Virus record (IMG/VR): IMGVR_UViG_3300020446_000016
Location: 1 to 48,731 of that record
DNA from: a virus
Lineage: Duplodnaviria > Caudoviricetes
Length of the DNA: 48,731 nucleotides
Direction: 5' to 3' (one strand)
Both the position numbers and the translations under genes were made by a program. Below are positions 1 to 11,500 of the stretch, in pieces. Every line of letters begins with the position of its first letter. Positions within the stretch are counted from its first letter, which is position 1. A model generated the notes under the pieces. It worked only from the letters and a program-made list of their open reading frames with translations, did no database searches and was not told the origin of the DNA.

Positions 1-2
1 AC

Positions 3-854
3 ATTGGTGATATACAAATAGATACAAATGTAATAACTACTAAAACATTTAATAATAACTTTTACATTAGACCTTCAGGCACTGGCGCTATTGTAATGGA
101 AGATTTACGTTTTAGTGGAACTACACTAACTAGCACTGGATCTAATGATATAGAATTTGCACCAGGTGGTGAAGATATTGGCATATCTGCAACTGGATCT
201 TTAAAGGTTCCAGCAGGTACAGAAGCACAAAGACCAGGTACGTTTAGAGATGTACGTTATAATACAACAACTAATTTCTTTGAATTATTTTCATCTGCAT
301 ATACTCCTTTAAGAGGTATATGGAGTGAAGATAGACAAACTTATGTACTTGCAAATGCAGGAAATTATTTTGATTTTACAACAAATAATGTAACAAACAC
401 TACATTATCAAATGTTGAACTTAACACAAATAAATTAGTGTCACAAGATAATGTTGTTATAGATGGTGCTACAATCAGTTCAGAAGCAACTAACCAAGAT
501 ATTGTTTTAAGTGCTACTGGATTTATTAATGTAGGCGATTTACAGATTGATGATGCAAATAATAGAATTATTAATACTAGTGCAAATCCGTTCTTACTTT
601 CATTCACAAACAATGTACCAACACAATATGGACACGTTGCATTTACAGATTCCAGCGGAATTGTTATTCCATCAGGATCTTTAGCAAGTAGACCAGGTAA
701 TCCACCTGTTGGTACTACACGTTATAACAATACTCTAAGGTACTTAGAAACATGGTATGACAATGCTTGGAATAACGTATCAGGAGCAGGTGATACTGTT
801 ACTGAAGAATATATGAATGAACAGGTCTTTATCTATACGTTAGCACTTGGTTAA
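3..854 (+). CDS. Virion structural / tail-fibre-like protein, 5'-truncated by the window edge
   Basis: The frame of ORF 96..854 is open back to base 3 (IGDIQIDTNVIT...). Two copies of the phage fibre motif (V/I)PxG(T/S)xAxRP...RYN; paralogous to the next ORF; ends IYTLALG. Confidence 0.75.
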   Translation: MGDIQIDTNVITTKTFNNNFYIRPSGTGAIVMEDLRFSGTTLTSTGSNDIEFAPGGEDIGISATGSLKVPAGTEAQRPGTFRDVRYNTTTNFFELFSSAYTPLRGIWSEDRQTYVLANAGNYFDFTTNNVTNTTLSNVELNTNKLVSQDNVVIDGATISSEATNQDIVLSATGFINVGDLQIDDANNRIINTSANPFLLSFTNNVPTQYGHVAFTDSSGIVIPSGSLASRPGNPPVGTTRYNNTLRYLETWYDNAWNNVSGAGDTVTEEYMNEQVFIYTLALG

Positions 855-865
855 TATCCAAAAAC

Positions 866-873
866 GATAAATA
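866..873 (+). promoter_or_regulatory. T4-like late promoter box (GATAAATA)
   Basis: One mismatch to the T4 gp55 late consensus TATAAATA; intergenic; the same octamer recurs before many genes in the window. Confidence 0.7.
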
Positions 874-880
874 CTTTTAA

Positions 881-1003
881 CACAAACATGACCACTTAAA
901 AGAGAGAGACTTTTGGGCGTTTTGTGGGACATACTGTGGTTAACCGGCAAAGAACCGAAAGGTTGTAAATTAGGTTAGAGGGACAGGATCCCCGTATTGG
1001 AGA
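881..1003 (+). ncRNA. Candidate structured 5' leader RNA (unassigned family)
   Basis: Stems: AACC-GAAA-GGTT (953-964) nested within TAACC/GGTTA (941-945/973-977); GGGA-CAGGA-TCCC (980-992); CACAAA/TTTGTG (881-886/921-926); GACCAC/GTGGTT (890-895/936-941). SD-like GGAGA at 999-1003. Confidence 0.4.
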
Positions 1004-1010
1004 GAAAAAA

Positions 1011-2489
1011 GTGGCTGTAGGTCGTATATCAGGTCCGCTTTTAAAGTCAAACCTTTTGCGTAATGGCGTGGACTTGGCTTTTGAGACGGATTTATTATAT
1101 CTGGATGTTAATAACCGTAAAATAGGTGTTAATAATTCTAATCCCCAATACGATTTAGACGTCAACGGAACACTTCAATCAACAGATGTAGTTACAACAG
1201 GAACAGCATACGTAGGAGATGTACGTATCAGTGGTAACACAGTTGAAACAGTAGGCAACACATTACAACTTAATACAGTTGGATCAGATAAAGTTGTTTC
1301 ATTAAAAACTTTTGAAGTAGACGATTTAAGATTTCAAACAAATGTAATTTCAACAACTGTATCAAACGCAGATATAGACATATTTCCAGATGGCACAGGA
1401 CAAGTAAATGTTACTGGTAACACAAATATTTCAGGTAATTTAGATGTAACAGGAAACATTAACGCAAGTGGTGATGTAACAGTTGCAGGAAACGTTACAA
1501 TAGGTGACGAAGCAAGTGACACTATTAGTATTGTTGCAGGTATTACATCAGATTTATTACCAGATGCTACTGCAACATATAACTTAGGTAGACCAGATAA
1601 AAGATGGAATAGTGTACACGCCTCAAGTGCTCATATAGATGATATTAATATTGATACAAACGTAATCCAAAATACAGTATCAAATGCAGATTTAGAATTA
1701 AGAACTAACGGTTCTGGTGCTATTATTATTGATGACTTTATTATAAAAGCAAACAGAATAGAAACTGCTAGTTCAGACATGGTATTTGCTCCAGGTAGCG
1801 GTACAGTAAATGTAAATTCAACAGGTTCAATTAGAATACCTTCAGGTACAACTGCACAAAGACCAAGTGTACCAGCAGTAGGTATGATACGTTACAATAC
1901 AGATACACAAAAATTTGAAGGTTACGATGGTAACTGGATTGTTTTAACTGGTGTTTATGACTTAGATGCGGACACATATATTACAGCAGAACTTACACCA
2001 GGTGCAAACGATGATACTATTAGATTTTATGCCGCTGGACAACTAATTGCTACTATTACACAACAGCAATTTGACGTTGCTAGACTGCAAGTGGACAGCA
2101 TTAGAATTGATGGTAATACCATTAGTACAACTACTCCAAACACAGATTTAAACCTATCACCAAACGGTACAGGGGGTGTACAAGTAGGCGATATCAATAT
2201 TAGCGGAAGTACTATAAATAATACTGTTGCAGGAGGAGCCTTAACTTTTACAAGTCCAAACGGTGGTTATTTTAAAATCGATGGATCAGAAGGTTTTGTT
2301 GTTCCTGTAGGAACTGGTGCTCAAAGGCATCCTAGTCCAGTAATTGGAATGATGCGTTGGAACACTACAGACGGAAGATTAGAAATTTATGATGGTACAC
2401 AATGGGACACAGTTGCAGGTAGTTCAGGTGCTGTATCACAAACAGATGCACAAAACATCGCATTGGAGTTAGTTTTAAGTTTAGGATAA
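1011..2489 (+). CDS. Virion structural / tail-fibre-like protein
   Basis: 492 aa, GTG start after GGAGA. Beta-rich repeats (IxGNTISTT..NxD..L.PNGTG) and two PxGTxAQRP/H...GM(I/M)R(Y/W)NT motifs; ends ALELVLSLG. Confidence 0.75.
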   Translation: MAVGRISGPLLKSNLLRNGVDLAFETDLLYLDVNNRKIGVNNSNPQYDLDVNGTLQSTDVVTTGTAYVGDVRISGNTVETVGNTLQLNTVGSDKVVSLKTFEVDDLRFQTNVISTTVSNADIDIFPDGTGQVNVTGNTNISGNLDVTGNINASGDVTVAGNVTIGDEASDTISIVAGITSDLLPDATATYNLGRPDKRWNSVHASSAHIDDINIDTNVIQNTVSNADLELRTNGSGAIIIDDFIIKANRIETASSDMVFAPGSGTVNVNSTGSIRIPSGTTAQRPSVPAVGMIRYNTDTQKFEGYDGNWIVLTGVYDLDADTYITAELTPGANDDTIRFYAAGQLIATITQQQFDVARLQVDSIRIDGNTISTTTPNTDLNLSPNGTGGVQVGDINISGSTINNTVAGGALTFTSPNGGYFKIDGSEGFVVPVGTGAQRHPSPVIGMMRWNTTDGRLEIYDGTQWDTVAGSSGAVSQTDAQNIALELVLSLG

Positions 2490-2493
2490 TATT

Positions 2494-2823
2494 ATGGCAA
2501 CGTTTTTTAAAAATAAAGTAGAAAAAAGTGTAGGGACACAGCCTATTACAATTTTGACTGTACCTGCGGCTTCTAAAGTAACAGCCATTGGTTTATCGAT
2601 TGCAAACTTATTAGACGGTAACACAAGAGTAAGTATTCAAGTTAAAGACGATACAAGTGTTTTAGGTTATTATATCAAAGATGTTATGATAGCACCTAAT
2701 GCCGCCTTGAGAGCAATTAATGGAGGTGAGAAATTAGTCTTACCTGGAAACAACGAAGTAGTAATTACAGCAGACCAAGATGATGCGGTTGATGTAATTC
2801 TAAGTTACGTGGAGATTGTATAA
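2494..2823 (+). CDS. Small beta-sandwich virion/fibre-associated protein
   Basis: 109 aa with an ILTVPA motif; similar pattern to 14676..14996; context among structural genes. Confidence 0.6.
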   Translation: MATFFKNKVEKSVGTQPITILTVPAASKVTAIGLSIANLLDGNTRVSIQVKDDTSVLGYYIKDVMIAPNAALRAINGGEKLVLPGNNEVVITADQDDAVDVILSYVEIV

Positions 2824-3221
2824 TGGTACAATATGTAGGATCAGCACCTTTAGAAGGACAAACTAGCGATAGATATTTCTACGCATTACGTAGAGATGAT
2901 GACGGACAATTATTTGTTGCTAAAGTTGATATTGCAAGTCCTACAGATAATTTACAAGTAAACAGACCAGGTGGTCCTGATGGTAACTTCAGTGACTGGC
3001 AAACTGGTGAAGACTTTTTTGAAGGAAGAAATCCTAATCACGTACTTGTTTTTGATAACTTGGTTTATGAACAGATGCGTTGGGATGAAAAAAATATTTA
3101 TTATTACGTAAATGATGGTGGAGAATTGGTGTTAAGAATCAACACTAAATATACATATAACAATGATGTTTCAAGTGATCACATTCCATTTGGCGCATTC
3201 GCAACAGGATATACTGGATAA
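2823..3221 (+). CDS. Hypothetical phage structural-region protein
   Basis: 132 aa; TAATG overlaps with both neighbours (translational coupling). Confidence 0.6.
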   Translation: MVQYVGSAPLEGQTSDRYFYALRRDDDGQLFVAKVDIASPTDNLQVNRPGGPDGNFSDWQTGEDFFEGRNPNHVLVFDNLVYEQMRWDEKNIYYYVNDGGELVLRINTKYTYNNDVSSDHIPFGAFATGYTG

Positions 3222-6200
3222 TGGCTGAATTTAATCTAGCAAGAATAAGATATACATGGAAAAATGTTTGGTTGCCAGGCGCAACTTACATCAAAGATGA
3301 TATTGTAAGACATGGTGGTAACAACTATGTTTGTATGGTTGGACACATTTCCGATCAAGTTTCATTCAGCACAGACTTAAACAGAACTCCGTCATATTGG
3401 TTATTAATGTCCGATGGTTACACATGGAGAGGTAACTGGACTGTTGACACAAGATATAAAATTAATGACTTATTTAAATATGATGCAACAATTTATAGAG
3501 TTTTAGAAGAACACGTATCTAATGAAGATGCATTGATTGGTATTACTGATACTGCACAATCAAAAATTATTGCTTTTGCGGCAAATGGTAATTGGAGAAT
3601 TAACTGGGGACCGTTAACAAGATACAGAGTTGGTGACTTTGCATTATACGGTGGGCGTTTATACAAATGTATTGAAGAACATTCATCTTCATCAACAGTT
3701 TCAGGTTTAGAAAATGATGCTAGTAAATGGCAATTACAATTAAGAACAGATGATTACAAAAAAGAATGGTCATTAAACACAAGATACAAAGCAGATGATG
3801 TTGTAAGATATGGTGCATTAGTTTACAGATGTAACACAGGCCATACTTCAGCAACAACTATTGCAAGTGGTCTTGAAGATGATTTAAGTAAATGGGACGT
3901 ATTACTTGACGGTATTAGATATGTAGGTGGTTGGCAAGACTCAAGCGACTCTACTGGTACTAGATACAGAGTTGGTGATATTGTTAAATGGGGTCCTACA
4001 TTATGGAGATGTAAAGAAGCACATACATCTACAAGTTCATTTGATGAGACAAAATTTGATATATGGTTACCAGGTTTAGGTTATGAAAATATCTGGGATC
4101 AAGCAGTAACATATCAGCCAGGTGATATTGTAACATACGGAGGTTACACATATACATCTATGACTAATAACGTTGGAAGTCCTCCAAGTGTTACTGGTGT
4201 GTTCTACGAAGGTGAAAGTTTACAAGGTTTATATGACTGGGAATTATTAATTACTGGTTATAAAATGCAAGGCGAATGGTCTGCTACAACAAACTATAGA
4301 ACTGGTGATGTTATAAGAAATAAAGGTTTTGTTTATATTGCTGTAAAAGATAGTTTAAATCAAGAACCAGATGCACTTGATCCAGAGTCAAGAGGTTATT
4401 ACGATCCAGGCTCAACAAGATCAACAGAAGGTTCTATCAGTATGTTCTGGCAGTTATTAATAACAGGAACATATTATAGAGGTGAATGGCAATCTGCAAA
4501 TAATTATGTACTAGGTGATATTGTTGTTCAAGCAGGTACTACTTGGAAATGTGTACAAGCACACCAAGGAGACGATTCTACTCTAGTTGAACCAGCACAA
4601 GATAACGGAAGTTACTGGACAAAATTAATTCAAGGTTCACCTGGAAACGTAATGCAACAGATTGGTGACATGAGAGGTCATGATGGAACTAATCACATAC
4701 GTTTACCAATTGGTCAACCAGGAGAATCTAAAAAAGTTGTAAATGGACAAGCAACATGGGAAGCATTTGGTCAAGTACCTAAATTATATTATGTTGCAAC
4801 AACAGGTACAGATGCGTCAGGATTTGGTTTATCACAAACTGCTCCATTTAGATCAATTAAGTATGCAACACAATATATTTTAGCAGATGAAGCCAACAGA
4901 GCACCAGCAACTATTATGGTTGCAACAGGATTATACAAAGAAATACTTCCAATTAGTTTACCAGCCGGTGTTGCTGTTGTTGGCGATGAATTAAGAAGTG
5001 TTACAATAGCACCAGCATCTGGCAGTGAAGATAGAGATATGTTCTACGTTAGAAACGGCTGTGGTATTAGAAACTGTACACTACAAGGATTAGTAGGTTC
5101 ATTAGGTGAGCCAGACCTTTATGGTGCTAGACAACCAACAGGTGGAGCATTCGTTTCATTAGATCCAGGCTCAGGTCCAGACGACACTAGTGTTTGGGTT
5201 ACAAGCAAATCAACTTATGTACAAAACGTAACAACATTAGGTACAGGGTGTGTTGGTGTTAAAGCAGATGGTACACTACATAATGGTGGTAACAAATCAA
5301 TTGTTGCTAACGACTTTACGCAAGTAATTTCCGATGGTATTGGTGCATGGTGTAACCAAGATGGTAAGATGGAACTTGTATCAGTGTTTACTTACTACTG
5401 TCATATTGGTTATTATTGTACAGCAGGAGGTAAAATTCGTGCTACTGTAGGTAACAACTCTTATGGTACATACGGTTCATTTGCAGAAGGTGAATTAGCA
5501 AGTGAAACACCATTGACTGCAACAGTTAATAACAGATATTATGATGCTATTGCACCAGTAGTTTATAACAACGCAAACAAAATCTTTGCGTTAGGTTATA
5601 CACACGCAGGTGAAGACAACACAGATGTAACGTATACAATTACAGGTTCAGGTAGTGGTGTAAATGTAGATAATGAATTTGCAGAATTAAGAAACGGATC
5701 TATTAAAGAAATAAGAATGATGGATCCAGGTGACTCAACTTTACCAGGTGGTAGAGGACACATCACAGGTATAAGAAACTCTGCACAAGGTGGTACACCA
5801 ACAAGTATTACTATTGCACAATCAGATGCTAATGGTCCAGATTACTATGTTGGTAGAGGAATAGTAACAGTTCAAAATATTTCAGGAGCAGACATTGCCA
5901 GAGTAAATGATCCTGCAAACTTCCCACAAACTTATGCAAATATTCCAGGAACATCAAACAATAGTTTTGCATCAGTAGGAACATTTAACGTTACTATTGA
6001 CGCAACAGGTTTAGCAACAGTAGTTGCTCCGGTTAATGCTGGACACAGTCATAGAGTTGGCGATCAAATTACTATTGCAGATACTAATTTAGGAAACTTT
6101 GGCGGTGCAGATTTAACATTTACAGTAGCATCAATAAGTCCTGGTATGAGAATCTTTATTGAAGAAGGTGAAGGTGTTGGTCAGTTTGGAATTATTGATG

Positions 6201-8539
6201 AATACTTTGTAACTACAAAACAAATTAACGTATTAAGAGAAACAGATGGTAAACCAGGTTGGGATCATGTTGTTCCAGGTTGGCCATTATCAACACAATT
6301 AGATGGTTCAACTACATATAGAATTGAACCAAGAATTGAAGTTGCAGAACCTACTTATGCTGACAATGATTATGATACGGGTACAAGTCAATTATATCAA
6401 AACTGTGCGGCAACAAGCGGATTAACAATGGCACTTTTCCCAAGTGCTGGTGCAAGTAAGGCAATTTATTCAGACTCAAGTGGCGGAAGTTGGCAAGAAG
6501 CAGTGACTGACGCAGGTTGGGTAAGACCTAATACAGTTATTCAATGTAAAGGTAAACTAAGATATTTTATTGCGTTAGGTAATGGTAATAGAGCAAACTT
6601 ATCCACTGCTTGTACGGCATGGGGTTCTGATCCTTATCCAATAAATCAACACAACTGGATTGATATTTGTGAAGGACCTTATAGTGCAACTTCACATACT
6701 GTAATTGCTATTGCAGATGATTCAAACGAAATTGCAATTTCAAACACAGATGGAACTACTTGGACTTATGTTTCAACATCAATGGGACTAGGTTTAAAAC
6801 ATATTAGATATGGAAATGGTAAGTGGTTGGCAGTAAAAGCCGATGGTACAACTTACGAAAGTACAGACAACGGTCAAAACTGGTCAACAACAACTAGAGT
6901 TTGTCCTACAACATATAACGTAACTGACTTTGCATATGGTAATGGAAAATTTGTAGCGGCTTGTCAACCAAACGGCTCAGCAACATTTCCATTTGATCCA
7001 GCAACTACAATGATTAGTAGTGCAACATCTTCAACTAGTGCAACGTTTGGTTTAGCATCAACATTCTTTAGAAGTTTCACAGATTACAGTGAAGGTTTAA
7101 ACAATGCAACTTGGGAAGAACCATTAGTAAATGGCACAGTTGGCACAACTGCTTGGGGATTAGATTACAGTGACGGATTGTTTATGGCAATAGACAGTAC
7201 AGGAAAAATTTTATACACAGGTGGTGCAGACATTTGGCAAGAAAAACAACAAGTTACAATTCCAAATGGCGGTGCAAACTTCTTAACAAAAGTTCAAGCA
7301 ACAACTACAACACATGGACCAAGATTCTTTGTGTTTAATGATGCGGCGCAACAACAAGTCAAGAGTATTACTTATGGTGCAAGAGCATTAATGAGAGCAT
7401 TACCAGTTAACACAGGAAGAATAGAATCATTTACAATGACTGAGCCAGGGTCAGGTTATCCAACTGCTCCTTCAATACACATCCACGATACACAAAAAAC
7501 ACAAGATGCAACTATTGATGTAAGAATGGGCAACAGAGTATTAGGACAACCTGCATTTAAAAACAGAGGTGCTTTGTATACTAAATTTAATGCTGTAACA
7601 ATTTCAAGTACAGGTTATGCAGACAAATACCAAACTGGAGATAAAATTATTATTGACGGACTAACACTATTACCAAGTCCAGGAGATAACTTAAGATTCT
7701 CAAGTATTACAGATGTAATTTACAAAGTAGGTAATGTTAAAATATTAGAAGGAACATTACCAAATGCAACTGTTGAAATAGGTATTTCACCATCGTTAGG
7801 AGTACAAGAATCTCCTATCCATGCAGAAGCAGTAACAATTAGACAAAATTACTCACAGGTAAGATTAACATTCCATGATTTCTTAGATATAGGTACAGGT
7901 GGTACAACAACAACTAACTATCCGTTATTATACTTAGAAGGATTTGATTCAATTAATCCACCAGAACAAATGTGGGAAGCAAATGAATATAATGGTGGTA
8001 GAGTATTCTACAGTTCAACTGACCAAGATGGTAACTTTAGAGTTGGTGAATTATTTAAAGTTGAACAAAGTACAGGTATTGTAACAATTAGTGCATCACA
8101 ATTTGATCTTAAAGGATTAGATGAATTAAGATTAGGTGCTTTTGTATTAGGTGGTACAAATGCTGTTATTAAAGAATTTTCTAAAGATGGAACATTTACT
8201 GCAAATAGTAATGCAATAGTTCCAACACAGAAAGCGATTGCAACTTATCTACAAAGTAGAATAAGCGGTGGTGGATCAAACGTGGCGGCAAATGCTGTTA
8301 CGGCTGGTACGTGTAAATTTAGTGACTTAAATCACATATCAAACACTGGTGGTTTAACAATTAATATACCTGTGAATATGCATTTCACAGAACCAGTCGG
8401 TGGTACAATGGTAGCACAGGCGTATTTCAACCAAGGTAACGGATTAGGTGGCTTTATGGGGTCACAAGTAGACCCAGAAGGTGACGGAATCTACTACAAT
8501 GACGGTGGAAATGGTTACGACCCAGGAACGGGAATATAA
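3221..8539 (+). CDS. Large modular tail/baseplate fibre protein: 8 CBM5/12-like repeats, pectin-lyase-like beta-helix, BNR/beta-propeller-like region
   Basis: 1772 aa. N-terminal W-x4-Y-x2-(G/N/D)D-x-V-x-YGG-x2-Y-x-C-x3-H-x-S repeats; YYVATTG...APFRSI...VGDELRS...MFYVRNG beta-helix signature; Asp-box-like SxDGxxW/STDNGQNW motifs; C-terminus shared with the next ORF. Confidence 0.75.
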   Translation: MAEFNLARIRYTWKNVWLPGATYIKDDIVRHGGNNYVCMVGHISDQVSFSTDLNRTPSYWLLMSDGYTWRGNWTVDTRYKINDLFKYDATIYRVLEEHVSNEDALIGITDTAQSKIIAFAANGNWRINWGPLTRYRVGDFALYGGRLYKCIEEHSSSSTVSGLENDASKWQLQLRTDDYKKEWSLNTRYKADDVVRYGALVYRCNTGHTSATTIASGLEDDLSKWDVLLDGIRYVGGWQDSSDSTGTRYRVGDIVKWGPTLWRCKEAHTSTSSFDETKFDIWLPGLGYENIWDQAVTYQPGDIVTYGGYTYTSMTNNVGSPPSVTGVFYEGESLQGLYDWELLITGYKMQGEWSATTNYRTGDVIRNKGFVYIAVKDSLNQEPDALDPESRGYYDPGSTRSTEGSISMFWQLLITGTYYRGEWQSANNYVLGDIVVQAGTTWKCVQAHQGDDSTLVEPAQDNGSYWTKLIQGSPGNVMQQIGDMRGHDGTNHIRLPIGQPGESKKVVNGQATWEAFGQVPKLYYVATTGTDASGFGLSQTAPFRSIKYATQYILADEANRAPATIMVATGLYKEILPISLPAGVAVVGDELRSVTIAPASGSEDRDMFYVRNGCGIRNCTLQGLVGSLGEPDLYGARQPTGGAFVSLDPGSGPDDTSVWVTSKSTYVQNVTTLGTGCVGVKADGTLHNGGNKSIVANDFTQVISDGIGAWCNQDGKMELVSVFTYYCHIGYYCTAGGKIRATVGNNSYGTYGSFAEGELASETPLTATVNNRYYDAIAPVVYNNANKIFALGYTHAGEDNTDVTYTITGSGSGVNVDNEFAELRNGSIKEIRMMDPGDSTLPGGRGHITGIRNSAQGGTPTSITIAQSDANGPDYYVGRGIVTVQNISGADIARVNDPANFPQTYANIPGTSNNSFASVGTFNVTIDATGLATVVAPVNAGHSHRVGDQITIADTNLGNFGGADLTFTVASISPGMRIFIEEGEGVGQFGIIDEYFVTTKQINVLRETDGKPGWDHVVPGWPLSTQLDGSTTYRIEPRIEVAEPTYADNDYDTGTSQLYQNCAATSGLTMALFPSAGASKAIYSDSSGGSWQEAVTDAGWVRPNTVIQCKGKLRYFIALGNGNRANLSTACTAWGSDPYPINQHNWIDICEGPYSATSHTVIAIADDSNEIAISNTDGTTWTYVSTSMGLGLKHIRYGNGKWLAVKADGTTYESTDNGQNWSTTTRVCPTTYNVTDFAYGNGKFVAACQPNGSATFPFDPATTMISSATSSTSATFGLASTFFRSFTDYSEGLNNATWEEPLVNGTVGTTAWGLDYSDGLFMAIDSTGKILYTGGADIWQEKQQVTIPNGGANFLTKVQATTTTHGPRFFVFNDAAQQQVKSITYGARALMRALPVNTGRIESFTMTEPGSGYPTAPSIHIHDTQKTQDATIDVRMGNRVLGQPAFKNRGALYTKFNAVTISSTGYADKYQTGDKIIIDGLTLLPSPGDNLRFSSITDVIYKVGNVKILEGTLPNATVEIGISPSLGVQESPIHAEAVTIRQNYSQVRLTFHDFLDIGTGGTTTTNYPLLYLEGFDSINPPEQMWEANEYNGGRVFYSSTDQDGNFRVGELFKVEQSTGIVTISASQFDLKGLDELRLGAFVLGGTNAVIKEFSKDGTFTANSNAIVPTQKAIATYLQSRISGGGSNVAANAVTAGTCKFSDLNHISNTGGLTINIPVNMHFTEPVGGTMVAQAYFNQGNGLGGFMGSQVDPEGDGIYYNDGGNGYDPGTGI
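3270..4630 (+). repeat. Eight tandem ~50-aa carbohydrate-binding-module-like repeats (protein level)
   Basis: For example WGPLTRYRVGDFALYGGRLYKC, WSLNTRYKADDVVRYGALVYRC, WDQAVTYQPGDIVTYGGYTY. Confidence 0.75.
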
Positions 8540-8540
8540 T

Positions 8541-8548
8541 GATAAATA
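8541..8548 (+). promoter_or_regulatory. T4-like late promoter box (GATAAATA)
   Basis: Intergenic; followed by an AAGGA RBS and ATG at 8567. Confidence 0.7.
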
Positions 8549-8566
8549 GTGTAATAAGGACGTAAA

Positions 8567-11500
8567 ATGGCTGAATTTAAACTAGGTAGAATTAGATTTG
8601 TTTGGAAAGGTGCTTGGGCAACAGGTACTGTTTACTTCAAAGACGATATTGTAAGACACGGTGGTAGAACTTACTTCTGTGCAAATGGCCATACGTCATC
8701 TGCTTTATTCACAACAGATGAATCTACAAAATGGAACCTATTTTCAGATGGTGTTCAATGGCAAGGCGACTGGACATCTAACACATACTACAAACAAAAT
8801 GATATTGTAAAATATGGTGGTTACATTTATGTTGCCAATACTGCACACACTTCAGAAGTAGACGGTGCAGAAGCAGGAAAATTAGAAACAGATCAAGCCA
8901 AATGGGATTTATTTGCAGAAGGTTTTGACTGGAAAAACAATTGGTCAATTAATACAGTATACAAAGTTAACGACATTGTAAAATATGGCGGTAACATTTA
9001 TCTATGTAATACAGCACACACTTCAAGTTTAACAACTGCAAGTGATGTAGACGGATTAGAAGAAGACTTGTCTAAATGGGATATCTTTGCTAAAGGCATG
9101 GATTGGAAAACAGACTGGGCAGGTTCAACAAGATATAAAACAGGTGACCTTGTTAAATATGGTGGACAACTTTATATTGCAAACCAAGGACACATTTCAG
9201 GAACAGTTGCAGAAGGTCTTGAAGGAGATCAAAGCAAATGGGATTATGTACATAAAGGAATTGAATACAAATCAGTTCATGCAACAACAACAAGATATAA
9301 AGTAAATGATGTTGTTAAGTATGGTGGTGGTTTATGGATTTGTACATATGAACATACATCAGGTGCAACTAATTTAGCAACAGATGAAACTGGCACAGGA
9401 CACATTTCAACAGTTGATACAATCAGTGCCGCAGATGCAACAAGAACAGCAGGTACTTACAAAGACGTAGCAGGTACAAGTGGTGGATCAGGTACAGGAC
9501 AAAGATTTAATATTACAATTGATGGTACTGGTGCGGCAACAGTAAGTGTTGTCAAAGGTGGAGAAGGACACGCAGAAAATGATGTTATAACAGTTTCTCC
9601 AGCAGACATTGGTAACACAGGTGCACAATTAACTTTTGAAGTTAATGCAACAGTAAACGTAACTAAATGGCAACAGTTTTTACCAGGATTAGAATTTGAA
9701 GATTCATGGTCAAGTTCAACAAGTTATCAAATTGGTGACTTTGTAACCTACGGTGGTTATTCATACGTTGCAAACTCAAATAACACAAACGTTATTCCGT
9801 TTGGTAACACAAACACTTGGGATTTATTTACAACAGGATTTAGTTTAAAAGGTGATTACGATAATGCAACTGCTTACAAAGTAGGTGATGTTGTACGTGT
9901 TGGAGGTTGGACTTACTTATGTATTGCAAACTCAACTGGTAATACTCCACCTAACGCAACTTATTGGGACAAATTAAACGAAGGTATTAACTGGAGAGAC
10001 ACTTGGACTAACGGTACTGCTTATCAATTAGGTGATGCTGTTAGAGGAATAAACAACACAAACTCTTATATTTGTGTAACGGCACACACAGCAGATCAAG
10101 TAGGTGCACAGAATAGACCAGACCAAGATACAGACGGTAGTGAATGGAAATTATTAAGTGGCGGTGTTGAGTCAGGTAACTTAACTACACTTGGTGATAT
10201 AGTTTATTATGGTGGTTCAGGTCCAGTAAGATTACCAATTGGTAAAGCAGGACAAGTTTTAAGAGTTAACTCTACAGGTACTGCTCCAGAATGGTCATAC
10301 TTTGGACAATTAGATCAAGTTTATTATGTTGGACCACAAGGTGCAGATAATGAAGCACCAGCAAACGGTGTAACAGTTGATAAACCTTGGGCATCAACTA
10401 GATGGGCGGCTAACGAAATTAAAAAAGGTCCACGTAATCCAGATGCAACAAATTTATTATTAAGAAACAGAGCATTCATTCAAGAACAAATTGTTGAATG
10501 GACTGACTATCAAATAGCAAATAATATATCTCCATTTACAAGTTCATTTACATATAACAAAAGTAAATGTAGAAGAGATATGGGATTATTAATTGATGCT
10601 ATTGTATGGGATTTAAAACATGGCGGTAACGTAAGAACTAGAGAAGCCGCAAGTAAGTATATAAGTGGTGCAACTAACTATGTTGCAGGACAAGAAAACG
10701 AAACTAAAGCATCAATTGATTATGGTGTTAGCATTATGGACGAAGTTATTGCTAACTTAAATCCAGCACAAAACTATGCTACATTGAATAGTGTTGCAAG
10801 TCCGGCACAACAAGTTACAGATGCTACAAAAACAGCAGAAGATGGTGTGTATGCAACTATTACTTCTTTAGCAAGTATTGTAACAACAACTGTTACTGAT
10901 GGTAACTTAACTAATTTACCAAGTAAAGTAAAACCAAATGTAACAATTTTTGTAAAAACAGGAACATATTACGAAACACTTCCAATTATTGTTCCAAGTG
11001 ATACAGCAGTTGTTGGTGATGAATTACGTTCAACAGAAATTAATTGTGCAGTACCAGGTAGTGGTACAAATTCAAGCATGAATGATTCAACACTAACTAA
11101 AAATGCACTAGGTAGAATTAAAGCAATTATAAGTGATCTAGTTAGAAACAACGCAATTACAAAAACACCAGCAGGTGGACATTTAACAATGGGTAATTTT
11201 GGTGCCGCTGATGCAAGTAGAACAGCAGGTACATACAGTGGTGTAACAGGTGCAAGTGCAGGATCAGGTACAGTAGGAACATTTAATATTACAGTTGACG
11301 GCAGTGGTGCTGTTACTACTGTACAAGTTGTTACTGCTGGTTCAGGACATTCTGTAAGTGATACAATTACTATTCAAGATAGTGTATTAGGTGGCGGTGG
11401 TGCCGCAAACTTTACAATGGATGTTGCAACTATTGCCGCAGGAAATACAATTACACAAAACGTAAACAATCCTGCCGCTGATGTGGCCGCTGGTACAACT

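Noticed and set aside
941-992. c-di-GMP-I (GEMM) riboswitch suggested by GGCAAA followed by a GAAA-capped stem
   Set aside because: The GACGCAAAG junction and second stem of that family are not present; kept only as an unassigned structured leader.
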